Source of the DNA: Myroides sp.
GTDB taxonomy: Bacteria; Bacteroidota; Bacteroidia; Flavobacteriales; Flavobacteriaceae
DNA: 42,909 nt
Direction: 5' to 3'
NCBI GenBank assembly: GCA_018384465.1
Contig: JAHAYQ010000125.1
Location: 1 to 42,909 of the forward strand
Numbering within the stretch: position 1 is the stretch's first letter; each line of letters starts with the position of its first letter. The translations under genes and the position numbers were made by a program. The notes below the pieces were generated by a model that made no database searches, had not been told where the DNA came from, and saw nothing but the letters and a program-made list of their open reading frames with translations. Positions 19,900-28,708 of the stretch are shown one piece after another.

Positions 19900-20044
19900 C
19901 ATTGAAAACTGGTAATTTTTAAGACAACGGGACAATAAGGAAGAACGCTCATGCCATAGGCGTGGGCGCTCGCTTATTCGTTGTCGGGTATACCAGTGCC
20001 TCAATGTCGGTGTAAGTGTAGTTGCCTGCGCTTTATTTTTTTTG
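19900..20044 (+). ncRNA. Candidate structured leader RNA / attenuator
   Basis: Five nested stems with G-U pairs, downstream of TATATTTG -7 element (19846-19853), ending in a T-tract. Confidence 0.5.
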
Positions 20045-20076
20045 TGCAGGGCTACATCAACTTAAAAAGGTATGAT

Positions 20077-20469
20077 ATGGAAACTGGCACAGCAAAAGAA
20101 AAAATCACCCTCGCCTTTATCAACGATAAAAGCCCAATTATTGATGTTATTAGTAGAGACCTCTCAACTTCCGGATATGAAATATTATTCAAATTGGAGT
20201 CTATTGAAGACGGACTCTCTCAATTAGCAGCATTAAAAGAACTTCCTCAGGTTTGTATTATCGACCTTGATTTCTTCGATAAGAATGTATTGAAACAACT
20301 TCAAGAATTCAAAACAAAATACCCTAGCATTAAACTTATTGCCCATAGTGATATTGACAATGAGAAAATTGGTAAGACGCTCTTAGCTATTGGTTTTTCA
20401 AGTTATTTATTAATTGGTACTGATACTGACGATTTTAAAAAAGCCATTGAAAGAGTTTCCAATGGCTGA
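20077..20469 (+). CDS. Stand-alone response-regulator receiver-like protein, C-terminus possibly eroded
   Basis: ITLAFIND...VCIIDLD...KLIAHSD...GFSSYL receiver pattern; ATG at 20077 preferred. Confidence 0.75.
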   Translation: METGTAKEKITLAFINDKSPIIDVISRDLSTSGYEILFKLESIEDGLSQLAALKELPQVCIIDLDFFDKNVLKQLQEFKTKYPSIKLIAHSDIDNEKIGKTLLAIGFSSYLLIGTDTDDFKKAIERVSNG

Positions 20470-20656
20470 TAGATATTTTGGTGTGCGATGTAACGAAAAT
20501 CGTTTAAAAATATTTTTCAATAAGTAACGCCTCCAGCATTAAAAGACAAATAATTTTAATAAAAAATGTGGGGTGGGTTTATTATTACACAATAATTTTG
20601 GCCATAGGAAACAGGCAGGGTTGGGCGCTGGATAAAATAGATTTATTACATTATTT

Positions 20657-20682
20657 GGGTCGACACAGAGGTCGACCCTTAC
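20657..20682 (-). repeat. REP-like palindrome
   Basis: Minus strand GTAA-GGGTCGAC-CTCTGT-GTCGACCC, resembling GTAG-family REPs. Confidence 0.5.
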
Positions 20683-20792
20683 CGTATGATTTCTTAACGG
20701 ATTTGCATCAAAAGAGGGGTTTTCTATGTTGGGTCAAAGTCAAAAAATATTGTATTCCGATACATCTCCTTATTCATTTACGGATAATAGGT

Positions 20793-21860
20793 TTACCTTG
20801 TAGTAGCCAAGTATTCCTTAATTTCGTTTACTGTATTCTTAGCTGATCTTCCAACTCCAATAAGTGTGGCAGATGCAAAGCCTGTCCAATTTCCATATCC
20901 TACTAGCCAAAGTCCAGAAACTCTATTCGCTCTAGTTACTGTTGTTTCAACTCGGCCGTTCGGATCGGTAATACCTAAGTTATCGAGATGTTGAGTGGCA
21001 TACCTAAAACCAGTACACCAAACTATGGCATCAAACTTTTCCTCTTCTCCAGTTTCCCATTCAACACCGGTAGCTGTTATGGAATTTATACGACCTTTGC
21101 TATATAAAACATTTCTTCTTCTTGCTTCGACAACTGATGGTACCATTACAATATTTGACAAATTATAGGTGTTTGTATCCAATGTTTTCCCTTCTTTTTG
21201 GGCATTATACATTGCAGTTGCAGTATCAAATAGCACACGACCGTCTACTTCATCAGGAAGAAAACTAGGATTTTCAAGTGTAGACCATTCGGTTTGTCCT
21301 ACTTTGGATATTTCAGCAAGTAATTGTGCTCCTGAATTACCACCTCCTACAATTAGTACTTTTTTATCCTTAAAAATCTCAGGATTTCTGTAATGAGCAG
21401 AATGTACCTGTAGACCTTTAAATAATTCCTTTCCTTTTACATCTGGAATAAATGGCGCAGACCAAGTACCAGTTGCTGAAACCACTGCTTTCGCAAAGTG
21501 CTCACCATCTGATGTTTGCAATTTAAATCCTTCTTGGGTTCTTTCTACCGATTGAACCTTAACCGATCTAGTTGTTGGTATATTATATTTCTTCTCATAC
21601 CTTTCTAGATAATCAATTGTTTCTTTTCTGAATGGGAATTTACCCTGAGATTCTGGCATGAGCCATCCAGGTAATGAACTAAATTGTGCTGGGGAGAATA
21701 GGGTCAATGATTCCCATCCATGATTCCATGCTCCACCAGACTGCTCTTGCTCATCGAGTAGTATATAATTTAAACCAGTGCGTCTTAAAAAATATCCACA
21801 AGCAAGGGCACTTTGCCCACCACCAATAACTATTACATCATAAATTTTCATTTCACTCAT
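20793..21860 (-). CDS. arsO: ArsO-family NAD(P)H-dependent flavin monooxygenase
   Basis: FAD motif IGGGQSAL, HSAHY, NADPH motif VGGGNSG, SATLIGVGR; adjacent to ars operon. Confidence 0.85.
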   Translation of the reverse strand: MSEMKIYDVIVIGGGQSALACGYFLRRTGLNYILLDEQEQSGGAWNHGWESLTLFSPAQFSSLPGWLMPESQGKFPFRKETIDYLERYEKKYNIPTTRSVKVQSVERTQEGFKLQTSDGEHFAKAVVSATGTWSAPFIPDVKGKELFKGLQVHSAHYRNPEIFKDKKVLIVGGGNSGAQLLAEISKVGQTEWSTLENPSFLPDEVDGRVLFDTATAMYNAQKEGKTLDTNTYNLSNIVMVPSVVEARRRNVLYSKGRINSITATGVEWETGEEEKFDAIVWCTGFRYATQHLDNLGITDPNGRVETTVTRANRVSGLWLVGYGNWTGFASATLIGVGRSAKNTVNEIKEYLATTR

Positions 21861-21964
21861 TTAAACGATTACTATTCCATACAGTACAAAAAATCTAAAG
21901 CTTTTAATGTCATTAAGTATGTATATATTGATATGTCAATACCAGAAAAACAACTTATATAATT

Positions 21965-22000
21965 AAAAAAAACAGGGATTTACCTTTTTGGAAGTCCCTG
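21965..22000 (-). terminator. Terminator after acr3
   Basis: CAGGGATTT...AAGTCCCTG stem with T-run on minus strand. Confidence 0.65.
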
Positions 22001-22019
22001 CCTTACTGAGCAATAAAGT

Positions 22020-23054
22020 TTAACTGTAATATTTCTTTTTAAGCCAAAGGCTGACACGTACTAACAGGATTAAGACTGGTACTTCAATCAATGGACCAAT
22101 AACCCCCACAAATGCTTGTGGAGAATGTATTCCGAATACGGCTATCGCTACCGCAATGGCTAATTCGAAGTTGTTGCCCGTAGCGGTAAAGGATATTGCG
22201 GCATTCTTATCATAGGCTACATTCATGGATTTATTCATGAAAAAACTGATAAAGAACATCAATACAAAATAAATCACTAACGGAATAGCAACTTTCAGAA
22301 CCTGCATAGGTAGTTGTACAATTTGCTCCCCTTTTAGGCTAAACATTAAAACAATGGTGAATAGCAAAGCATACAGGGTAAATGGTGATATAAAGGGTAT
22401 AAATTTACGGGTATACCAATTTTCACCTTTTATTTTAGAAAGGTATTTATGACTTAAAAATCCGGCTAAAAAAGGAATTCCTAAATAGATGAGTACGCTT
22501 TTAATGACTTCGCTCATCTCTATTGAAACGGAATATTCAGCAAAACCAAAATAAGTTGGCAATATATTGATAAACAACCAAACAAAAAAGCTGTAAAATA
22601 CGATTTGAAAAATACTGTTTAATGCAATTAGAAGCGCGGCATACTCTCTATTTCCTTTTGCAAGGTCATTCCATACAATGACCATGGCAATACATCGTGC
22701 GAGACCAATAAGAATTAATCCGACCATATAGTCTGGTTCATTTCTTAAGAATATCACTGCTAGTATAAACATCAAGATAGGACCAACAAGCCAGTTTAAG
22801 ATAAGTGATAAGCTAAGCACTTTTTTATCCTTAAACGCAAGCGGCAAAAGATTATAATTTACTTTAGCCAAAGGAGGATACATCATGATGATTAGACCAA
22901 TAGCCAATGGGATATTGGTAGTTCCAACCGATAGTGAATCCATCACGTTAGAAATGCTTGGAAATAAATTCCCTATTAACACCCCTAATCCCATCGCCAA
23001 AAAGATCCATAAGGTTAAGTATCGGTCTAAAAACTTCATTCTTACTTCCATCAC
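22020..23054 (-). CDS. acr3: ACR3-family arsenite efflux transporter
   Basis: [44 protein letters not shown]. Confidence 0.96.
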   Translation of the reverse strand: MMEVRMKFLDRYLTLWIFLAMGLGVLIGNLFPSISNVMDSLSVGTTNIPLAIGLIIMMYPPLAKVNYNLLPLAFKDKKVLSLSLILNWLVGPILMFILAVIFLRNEPDYMVGLILIGLARCIAMVIVWNDLAKGNREYAALLIALNSIFQIVFYSFFVWLFINILPTYFGFAEYSVSIEMSEVIKSVLIYLGIPFLAGFLSHKYLSKIKGENWYTRKFIPFISPFTLYALLFTIVLMFSLKGEQIVQLPMQVLKVAIPLVIYFVLMFFISFFMNKSMNVAYDKNAAISFTATGNNFELAIAVAIAVFGIHSPQAFVGVIGPLIEVPVLILLVRVSLWLKKKYYS

Positions 23055-23060
23055 TATTCT

Positions 23061-23669
23061 TTATTTAATTTGTGAAAAGACATAAAACATTTCTGAGGCT
23101 ATTTCTAAACTTCTACGATTATAGACCTGATCTTGTTGGTCTGTATTGTCTGAGATTTTAGGATCCTCAAAGGTAATAGGTATGCGTTTCTCAGCACCTG
23201 CAATAAATGGACAACCACCGTCTGCTTGTGAACAGGTCATGACGGCAGCAAAGTTGGATTGAGGATTGAATGCTGCATCGTATTTTTTAGAGAAACCTAT
23301 TATCGGCAACGCATTTTTATCATATTTGAGTGCATATACCGGATTAGCACCTTCGGAAATGGTAATTACCTCGATTCCTGCTTTTTCAAATGTTTCTGCA
23401 ACTTTAGGAAACATAGCTGTTTCTTCGGTACCACCTGAATAACATATAACTCTAGGTATCTGGTAGTGTGTCGCCGCTATTTGTGCCCATACTTGAGACA
23501 AGTGACTTCTACGTGAATTGTGCGTACAGATAAAATTGATGTTGATATCTAATCCATCTGTAAATTTACCTTGGATATAGTCAATCAAGGGCTGCAAAGT
23601 AGCTTTGCGCCCTTGATTGATTTCTAATTTTAGTATATCCGTAACTGTATTTACTAATTTTGTGTTCAT
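23061..23669 (-). CDS. arsC: LMW-PTP-fold arsenate reductase
   Basis: FICTHNSRRS P-loop, CSQADGGCPF, EDPK; ATG at 23669 avoids overlap with upstream gene. Confidence 0.85.
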   Translation of the reverse strand: MNTKLVNTVTDILKLEINQGRKATLQPLIDYIQGKFTDGLDININFICTHNSRRSHLSQVWAQIAATHYQIPRVICYSGGTEETAMFPKVAETFEKAGIEVITISEGANPVYALKYDKNALPIIGFSKKYDAAFNPQSNFAAVMTCSQADGGCPFIAGAEKRIPITFEDPKISDNTDQQDQVYNRRSLEIASEMFYVFSQIK

Positions 23670-23682
23670 AATCGTATTTTGA

Positions 23683-24138
23683 TTAACAACAGCCTGATCC
23701 TGGTGCACAGCTATTGGATTTTGATTCGCTCACTTGCGCTAGACTAGGAATACCACAAGCATCTTGTGCTAAACAAGCTGTAGTTTTGTTCGTTAAAACA
23801 AAATTCTTGCCATTGAAATCTAATCCGAATTTTCCAATGGTTCCGCTTTGATACTCTACTTCAATCTCGTGATCACCGATATTCAGTTTTGTTTCGGATA
23901 GCTCGATGATATGTAATAGCTTGCCGGGTTTTAGTCTGTGCTCATAATCATCTGCATTCCACAACTGGAAGTTTACAGTATTCTCTGCACGAGTTACTCC
24001 ACCACAATCAATGAAATTTTTAATAATTTGACCTACTTCGGTAACGTGAAAGTGTTCCGGTACAAATGTTCCGTCTTCTAATTGAAATTCAACATTTTCT
24101 AATGTTGGAAGGATTTGTTTGATTTCTGATAGTTTCAT
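23683..24138 (-). CDS. DUF6428-like ars-associated protein
   Basis: VPEHFHVTEVG, FIDCGG, TACLAQDACG, C-terminal CAPGSGCC. Confidence 0.8.
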   Translation of the reverse strand: MKLSEIKQILPTLENVEFQLEDGTFVPEHFHVTEVGQIIKNFIDCGGVTRAENTVNFQLWNADDYEHRLKPGKLLHIIELSETKLNIGDHEIEVEYQSGTIGKFGLDFNGKNFVLTNKTTACLAQDACGIPSLAQVSESKSNSCAPGSGCC

Positions 24139-24168
24139 ACTATTTTTATTTAAATTAATTTTTAATGA

Positions 24169-24184
24169 ATCGTTATATTACGAT
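24169..24184. promoter_or_regulatory. Putative ArsR operator (internal)
   Basis: Near-palindrome ATCGTTATATTACGAT, similar to the copy at 24560. Confidence 0.65.
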
Positions 24185-24204
24185 GTTACTTTGCAAAAAA
24201 ATGC

Positions 24205-24534
24205 CTAACAACATTCTTTTAAATCAATGTTCTGGGCAAAAAAGTCTTTGAATTCTTCGGAAAAATCCTTCCATACTGTATCGTTGATACAATAACAAAC
24301 AGATTTTCCTTCAATAGTGCCTTGAATGAGTCCACTAGTCTTGAGTTCTTTTAAATGTTGAGAAATAGTAGCTTGTGCTAATCCTAACTCCTCAACTAAA
24401 TCATTACAAATACATGCCTTTTGGTTTATGATATATTGTAAAATAGCTAATCTTGCCGGATGAGCTAGGACTTTAAACATAGTTGCTAGCGTATTCTTCT
24501 TGTCACTAAATAATTCTGATTTCGTGATACCCAT
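24205..24534 (-). CDS. arsR: ArsR/SmtB-family repressor
   Basis: LAHPARLAIL, ACICNDL, LAQATISQHLKELK, C-terminal CC. Confidence 0.95.
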   Translation of the reverse strand: MGITKSELFSDKKNTLATMFKVLAHPARLAILQYIINQKACICNDLVEELGLAQATISQHLKELKTSGLIQGTIEGKSVCYCINDTVWKDFSEEFKDFFAQNIDLKECC

Positions 24535-24559
24535 TTATAAATCTTTAATTAAACTTAAT

Positions 24560-24575
24560 ATTGCAATATTACGAT
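24560..24575. promoter_or_regulatory. Putative ArsR operator upstream of arsR
   Basis: Near-palindrome ATTGCAATATTACGAT. Confidence 0.65.
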
Positions 24576-24678
24576 AATAGATTTAAACCAACAAGATTTA
24601 TTTTATTTTATTTTTAAACAGGTCAGGAATTACGAATTAAAAGTTTGATAACCAATCAAATAAAGCGACGTTCTTTTG

Positions 24679-24886
24679 CTTCTTTTCTTTGGTCGCAGAT
24701 ATGGAAAGAAAAGAAGTCAATCCAAAATCAAATATTGGGATACCGAATATCCCACGAAAACAGCTCGCAACCTATTTGATAAAATGTAAGGGAGGGAATT
24801 GTGGAGCGGTACATTTTGGCAATGTGGTTGCTCCGAATTTAATGCAAAAATGTGTTTCCGACCGTAGCGAGGAATTGCATTTTTGC
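24679..24886 (+). other. Hairpin cluster, candidate single-strand origin (sso/ssi)
   Basis: Four consecutive IRs; TAGCGA in the loop of the last one. Confidence 0.5.
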
Positions 24887-24902
24887 CGCCCGATTTTGGC
24901 TA

Positions 24903-25712
24903 TCAGGCGACTTTGAGGGGGTGGGTTTGGAAGTTCTTCAGATTAAGAAAAAAACCTCTATTTTCGGTCATTCCATTACGAAACAAGCTCCACAACAAAG
25001 AACAACCCATTTGAGCCAATGTTGCATTGATGTATAAATCCTGTTTTTCCAATGCTTCGGCAAGTGAGCAACTTGGCGTATCGTCCGCTTGTTCGGACTG
25101 TTTCAATAGTTCGCCAAATTCATCGGTAACCATTGGCAGGCTTGCCACCGTTTCGTACTTTTCGGAATTGGGTTGTTTTACCGTTCCGATAGTGGATAGT
25201 ATTACTTGTCCTGTATGTTGGCTATTGCCAAAGTCTAACCAATATTTGGGTTCGTCCCGATGGTGTCTGCGGTCACTTAACTCTTTTAGTATTTCAGCAA
25301 CGCCAAACCTCGCCTTTACATTGTCCACACAAGTAATGTAAATCGTTGATTGTGCATTTTCGGGAAATCCACCCAACGCAGTGCGTTCAAACTTTTGGGT
25401 TTCGGCTTTCCAATTTGTACCCATAAACCGATTGACACGGTTTATCAAAGCTACCGATTTGTACAAGCCTATTTCGCTTGGTGCAAAACGCTGTCTGCCC
25501 AAATTGGCTTCCGTGATAATATCATCATCCCACAAACGGATTTGCAATCCTGCGTGTCCCAATGTTATTAAACTGTGGTTCATTTCCATTAAAGCGGTCA
25601 GAACCTTTGAACCTGTGCCACCTGCACCAATAAGGTTTACCGAAATTGGATTGGTGGGATTGAGCAGGTAATTGTCCGTAAAATGAATGGCTGTTTTTGT
25701 CGTTTCCATCAC
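24903..25712 (-). CDS. PRTRC-system ThiF/E1-like activating enzyme
   Basis: LIGAGGTGS, DDDIITEANLGRQRF, KSVAL, TCVDN, WLDFGN, DDTPSCSLAEALEKQDL. Confidence 0.92.
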   Translation of the reverse strand: MMETTKTAIHFTDNYLLNPTNPISVNLIGAGGTGSKVLTALMEMNHSLITLGHAGLQIRLWDDDIITEANLGRQRFAPSEIGLYKSVALINRVNRFMGTNWKAETQKFERTALGGFPENAQSTIYITCVDNVKARFGVAEILKELSDRRHHRDEPKYWLDFGNSQHTGQVILSTIGTVKQPNSEKYETVASLPMVTDEFGELLKQSEQADDTPSCSLAEALEKQDLYINATLAQMGCSLLWSLFRNGMTENRGFFLNLKNFQTHPLKVA

Positions 25713-26434
25713 AATAGATTTTTAAGAGTTTTGTTATTCTTTTTTAATACTTCTTTCGGAAAGATTTTATCGGTATTGATTAACTCATTCCAAAGGTTTA
25801 CACAATTGCCTTTAATCGGACTTTGTCCTCCCAATAAGTGACTGAAATAGCTGTTAAAAAAATAGTCCTCCCAAGCTTTAGTAAATTCCTCAACCGAAGC
25901 CGAATTTTTAATTTCAACATTTACCGTACCCATACAGACTTTGCCGTCTTCATAGATATTGAAAAAGGGTCCATAATACAATTTTGTATTATTTGTGGGT
26001 CTTCGGTCGCTTGCAAGGGCAAACACACTCAAACTGTTTTTACTCGCTTTCCAAAGCATTGGCGGTACGTGTGCTTTACCGTTCGGAATATCCAAACCAT
26101 TTACAAAATACAGTTGCCTTTTTTGTGCTTTAGTGTACCAGATGACCGTGCCTTTTTCCGTACTCGGATTAAGGTGCAGAATGTTTGTCGGCAAAATTCC
26201 GTTTGCCTTTAAAAAGGCTTTGTCCTTTTCTTTTTGGGTATGAAGTGACTTTGCCAATATATTTGCTTCCCTCACGGTCAATGGGTGGGCATTGATTGGA
26301 TTTCCGTTTTTGTCCATATCAAAATGCTCTACATACACCTCTGTGTTCGCTCCTTTGGTTTCATAGAATACCAAAGCGGATTTGGGGTGGTATAATGTCC
26401 CGAAGTCTTTTGTTATATCAGTTATTGTTTCCAT
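25709..26434 (-). CDS. PRTRC-system protein B (prokaryotic E2 family D)
   Basis: PFFNIYEDGKVCMG with putative catalytic Cys, WEDYFFNSYFSH; adjacent to ThiF. Confidence 0.88.
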   Translation of the reverse strand: METITDITKDFGTLYHPKSALVFYETKGANTEVYVEHFDMDKNGNPINAHPLTVREANILAKSLHTQKEKDKAFLKANGILPTNILHLNPSTEKGTVIWYTKAQKRQLYFVNGLDIPNGKAHVPPMLWKASKNSLSVFALASDRRPTNNTKLYYGPFFNIYEDGKVCMGTVNVEIKNSASVEEFTKAWEDYFFNSYFSHLLGGQSPIKGNCVNLWNELINTDKIFPKEVLKKNNKTLKNLL

Positions 26435-26446
26435 GATTTTCGGTAT

Positions 26447-27601
26447 TTAAAAGGCGTTTAATATGTCGCATAACTTATGTAGTAGTTCAAACAATCGGCT
26501 TTCAAAACAAAGGTTGTTAGTGGTTATATCTTTGCCGTTAAACATTTTTTTAATAATGGGTTCTTCTATTTGTCCGTATTCCTGTATTTCATTGTTGACC
26601 GATTGTATCAATGTTTCATTGAGCCAACCTTTGTGATCAGCATAAAAGGATATGTACTTTTCCATTCCGATAATGTTGTCCATATCTTCTTCAGATACTT
26701 CTCCATTGAGTTGGGCATTCCGGAATACATTTTCATTCGGGTAGGTCTGATATAGTGCAAAAGCTTCTTTTACTACTGTCAAACATTCCCTGTCAAAATT
26801 GTCTTTTACTTTAAAACTTTCAATCCGTTGTTCAAATACGGTCAGATTGATACGGTTATAAATCCGTTGCTCAATATAATCCCCGATAAATTCGGCTTGT
26901 TTGATTTCTGATAAATAAACTTCGGTTTCTTCCGTATAATCGTCCTGTTCAACCCAATCGTTCATCATTTCGTACATCCAATAGAGATAGCTTGCTTCCT
27001 GTCTGTAATACGGAATATCGGCTATATGGTACAGATAAGCACAAGCGGACAATAACAAATGGGCGTTTCTTTTCCGCTTACGGTTGTGCAACATTCGGTA
27101 CAACGAAGCAACGGGAATGTAAAAAAGTGTTGCCCCTGTATTGTAGCGTTCCTCACTTACAAAATAAGTTTTCTTACTATCCTGTACCAAACGTATTTCT
27201 TCCCAATTTAAAACACGTTGTTTTAGCTTCTCTTCCATATCCCACGTAGCCAATGCCATATTATAGGGATAGGGAAATTGTTGGGTTTCTATCGGTGCTA
27301 TTTGGTAATGTTTGGCAAGATTGGAAAGGGACTTATAAAAATCCCTCTCCGTTTTTGCTGTTTTCTTACAAGCCTGTACGGATTGTTCCGCTTTCAGTTT
27401 AGGCAGAAACGTACACTTTAGAATACCATTGGTAGCATTGCTATCGGTACGGATTTCTGCTTGTCTTTTCGTAATTGGTTTGCATCCTTTGGTCTTTGCA
27501 TCCAATTGGCGAACTCGCCCAACTGTCGGTGCAATTGCCGTTGTCGTTGCTGTGCGGGTATTGTGATTGTTCCCGATAGGATATGTTTGTGCATAGTTCA
27601 T
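26447..27601 (-). CDS. PRTRC-associated helical protein (occupies the protein F position)
   Basis: 384-aa ORF between the Ubl and E2 genes; family assignment by synteny only. Confidence 0.7.
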   Translation of the reverse strand: MNYAQTYPIGNNHNTRTATTTAIAPTVGRVRQLDAKTKGCKPITKRQAEIRTDSNATNGILKCTFLPKLKAEQSVQACKKTAKTERDFYKSLSNLAKHYQIAPIETQQFPYPYNMALATWDMEEKLKQRVLNWEEIRLVQDSKKTYFVSEERYNTGATLFYIPVASLYRMLHNRKRKRNAHLLLSACAYLYHIADIPYYRQEASYLYWMYEMMNDWVEQDDYTEETEVYLSEIKQAEFIGDYIEQRIYNRINLTVFEQRIESFKVKDNFDRECLTVVKEAFALYQTYPNENVFRNAQLNGEVSEEDMDNIIGMEKYISFYADHKGWLNETLIQSVNNEIQEYGQIEEPIIKKMFNGKDITTNNLCFESRLFELLHKLCDILNAF

Positions 27602-27618
27602 TGCTTTAAATATTTAGA

Positions 27619-27837
27619 TTAACCTTTCGTTCCCATTACACTCTCAAATTTGTATTCAACTGCATCATCCTTGATTTGTGGTGCAGATATTTTTGCCGTT
27701 GTGAGTATGGGGTACATATTGGCGTAAAAATTCATCACGGCTTCCACGCTCCAACGTGGTTCGGGGTCGGTCAGTCTGATGTCCTGTCCTTTATCTTTGA
27801 GTATAAATACTCGTTCTAATTGCGTTGCTAATAACAT
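27619..27837 (-). CDS. PRTRC-system protein C (prokaryotic ubiquitin-like)
   Basis: 72 aa, RVF...LTDP...VMNFYANMYPILTTA, C-terminal GTKG. Confidence 0.9.
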   Translation of the reverse strand: MLLATQLERVFILKDKGQDIRLTDPEPRWSVEAVMNFYANMYPILTTAKISAPQIKDDAVEYKFESVMGTKG

Positions 27838-27856
27838 AATTGCTCGTTTTTAAATA

Positions 27857-28501
27857 TTAATATTCTGCATCTTCTTCGTCCTCTTGGAATAAGTCCTCGT
27901 CCTCATTTTGCGCATAGAGTTCATTTACCTGCTGTTCAAATTCGGTTTCCTGGTTCGGTGGTTCGGGTTGGGTTTCTTCCGTTGCTCCGAAAAGGCTCGG
28001 TGTTCCAAACTTGTCAGATAAGGAGGTTTTACGTTTACGTATCTCGTCCGCTTTTTCGGGAAACTCGGCTATGTCGGGAACTTTTATCCACGCATCACGG
28101 AATTTACCTGCTTTTTCAAGTTCGTCTACCTTTGCCATGCCGTCCTTAAACTTCTTGTCTTTGGCTTCTTTTTCCTTTTTCGCTTTCTCGGTTTTTTCTT
28201 TCTCCATTGCCGATTGCTTTTTGACTTCTTCCATTTGTCTTAGAAATTTTTCCATATCCACCATTACGCCCGAAACGGTTTTGATAGGTGCTTTTATCTG
28301 CTCAAAAAATCCCTCATCAAACTCTTGGGGTGTGGCGTTAAATGTCAATGGGGGAATAAGGTTTTTGGCATTATCTCCGCATTGTTCGTTGTTGAGCAGT
28401 ATCGATACGATAAGGTTATTTTCTGCTCCTTTGGAAATATTCAGTTGTAATACTCCTGTAAAGTCCAACTGTTGTATCTGATTGAAAAAATTAGTATTCA
28501 T
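27857..28501 (-). CDS. PRTRC-system protein E
   Basis: N-terminal FF...PLTFNATPQEFDEGFF, coiled coil, PSLF, acidic tail. Confidence 0.85.
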   Translation of the reverse strand: MNTNFFNQIQQLDFTGVLQLNISKGAENNLIVSILLNNEQCGDNAKNLIPPLTFNATPQEFDEGFFEQIKAPIKTVSGVMVDMEKFLRQMEEVKKQSAMEKEKTEKAKKEKEAKDKKFKDGMAKVDELEKAGKFRDAWIKVPDIAEFPEKADEIRKRKTSLSDKFGTPSLFGATEETQPEPPNQETEFEQQVNELYAQNEDEDLFQEDEEDAEY

Positions 28502-28513
28502 CGTTTTGAAATT

Positions 28514-28708
28514 TTAAGGGTTGTTTACTTGTTCTCTTATTGCTGTCAGTTTCTCATATAAGTCCGTCCAATAGACTTTTAGTCTTTTGTCAAACTCCGA
28601 AAAACTTTTGTCTTCGTGTTGGTTTTCTGTGCATTCTTCCGCTATGCGGATGGCTTCGTCAAGATTTGGTATTTCGAGACGGCAACCGTGTAAATCTGTT
28701 ATTTTCAT
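28514..28708 (-). CDS. Small hypothetical protein
   Basis: 64 aa; start overlaps the upstream stop codon; co-oriented in the operon. Confidence 0.75.
   Translation of the reverse strand: MKITDLHGCRLEIPNLDEAIRIAEECTENQHEDKSFSEFDKRLKVYWTDLYEKLTAIREQVNNP

Noticed and set aside
19981-20076. 32-aa Cys-rich N-terminal extension of the receiver protein from TTG at 19981
   Set aside because: Lies within the structured RNA and T-tract; ATG at 20077 starts the recognisable fold
20568-20846. 92-aa + strand ORF after the receiver gene
   Set aside because: GTG start, atypical composition, spans the REP-like palindrome and overlaps the arsO end
24689-25037. 75-aa and 61-aa + strand ORFs downstream of ThiF
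   Set aside because: Coincide with the hairpin cluster and the antisense of ThiF; better explained as non-coding structure
24903-27837. ThiF/ThiS or MoeB/MoaD cofactor biosynthesis, or CBASS/Bil defence
   Set aside because: No thiamine or molybdopterin genes, cyclase or JAB nearby; motifs and synteny match PRTRC
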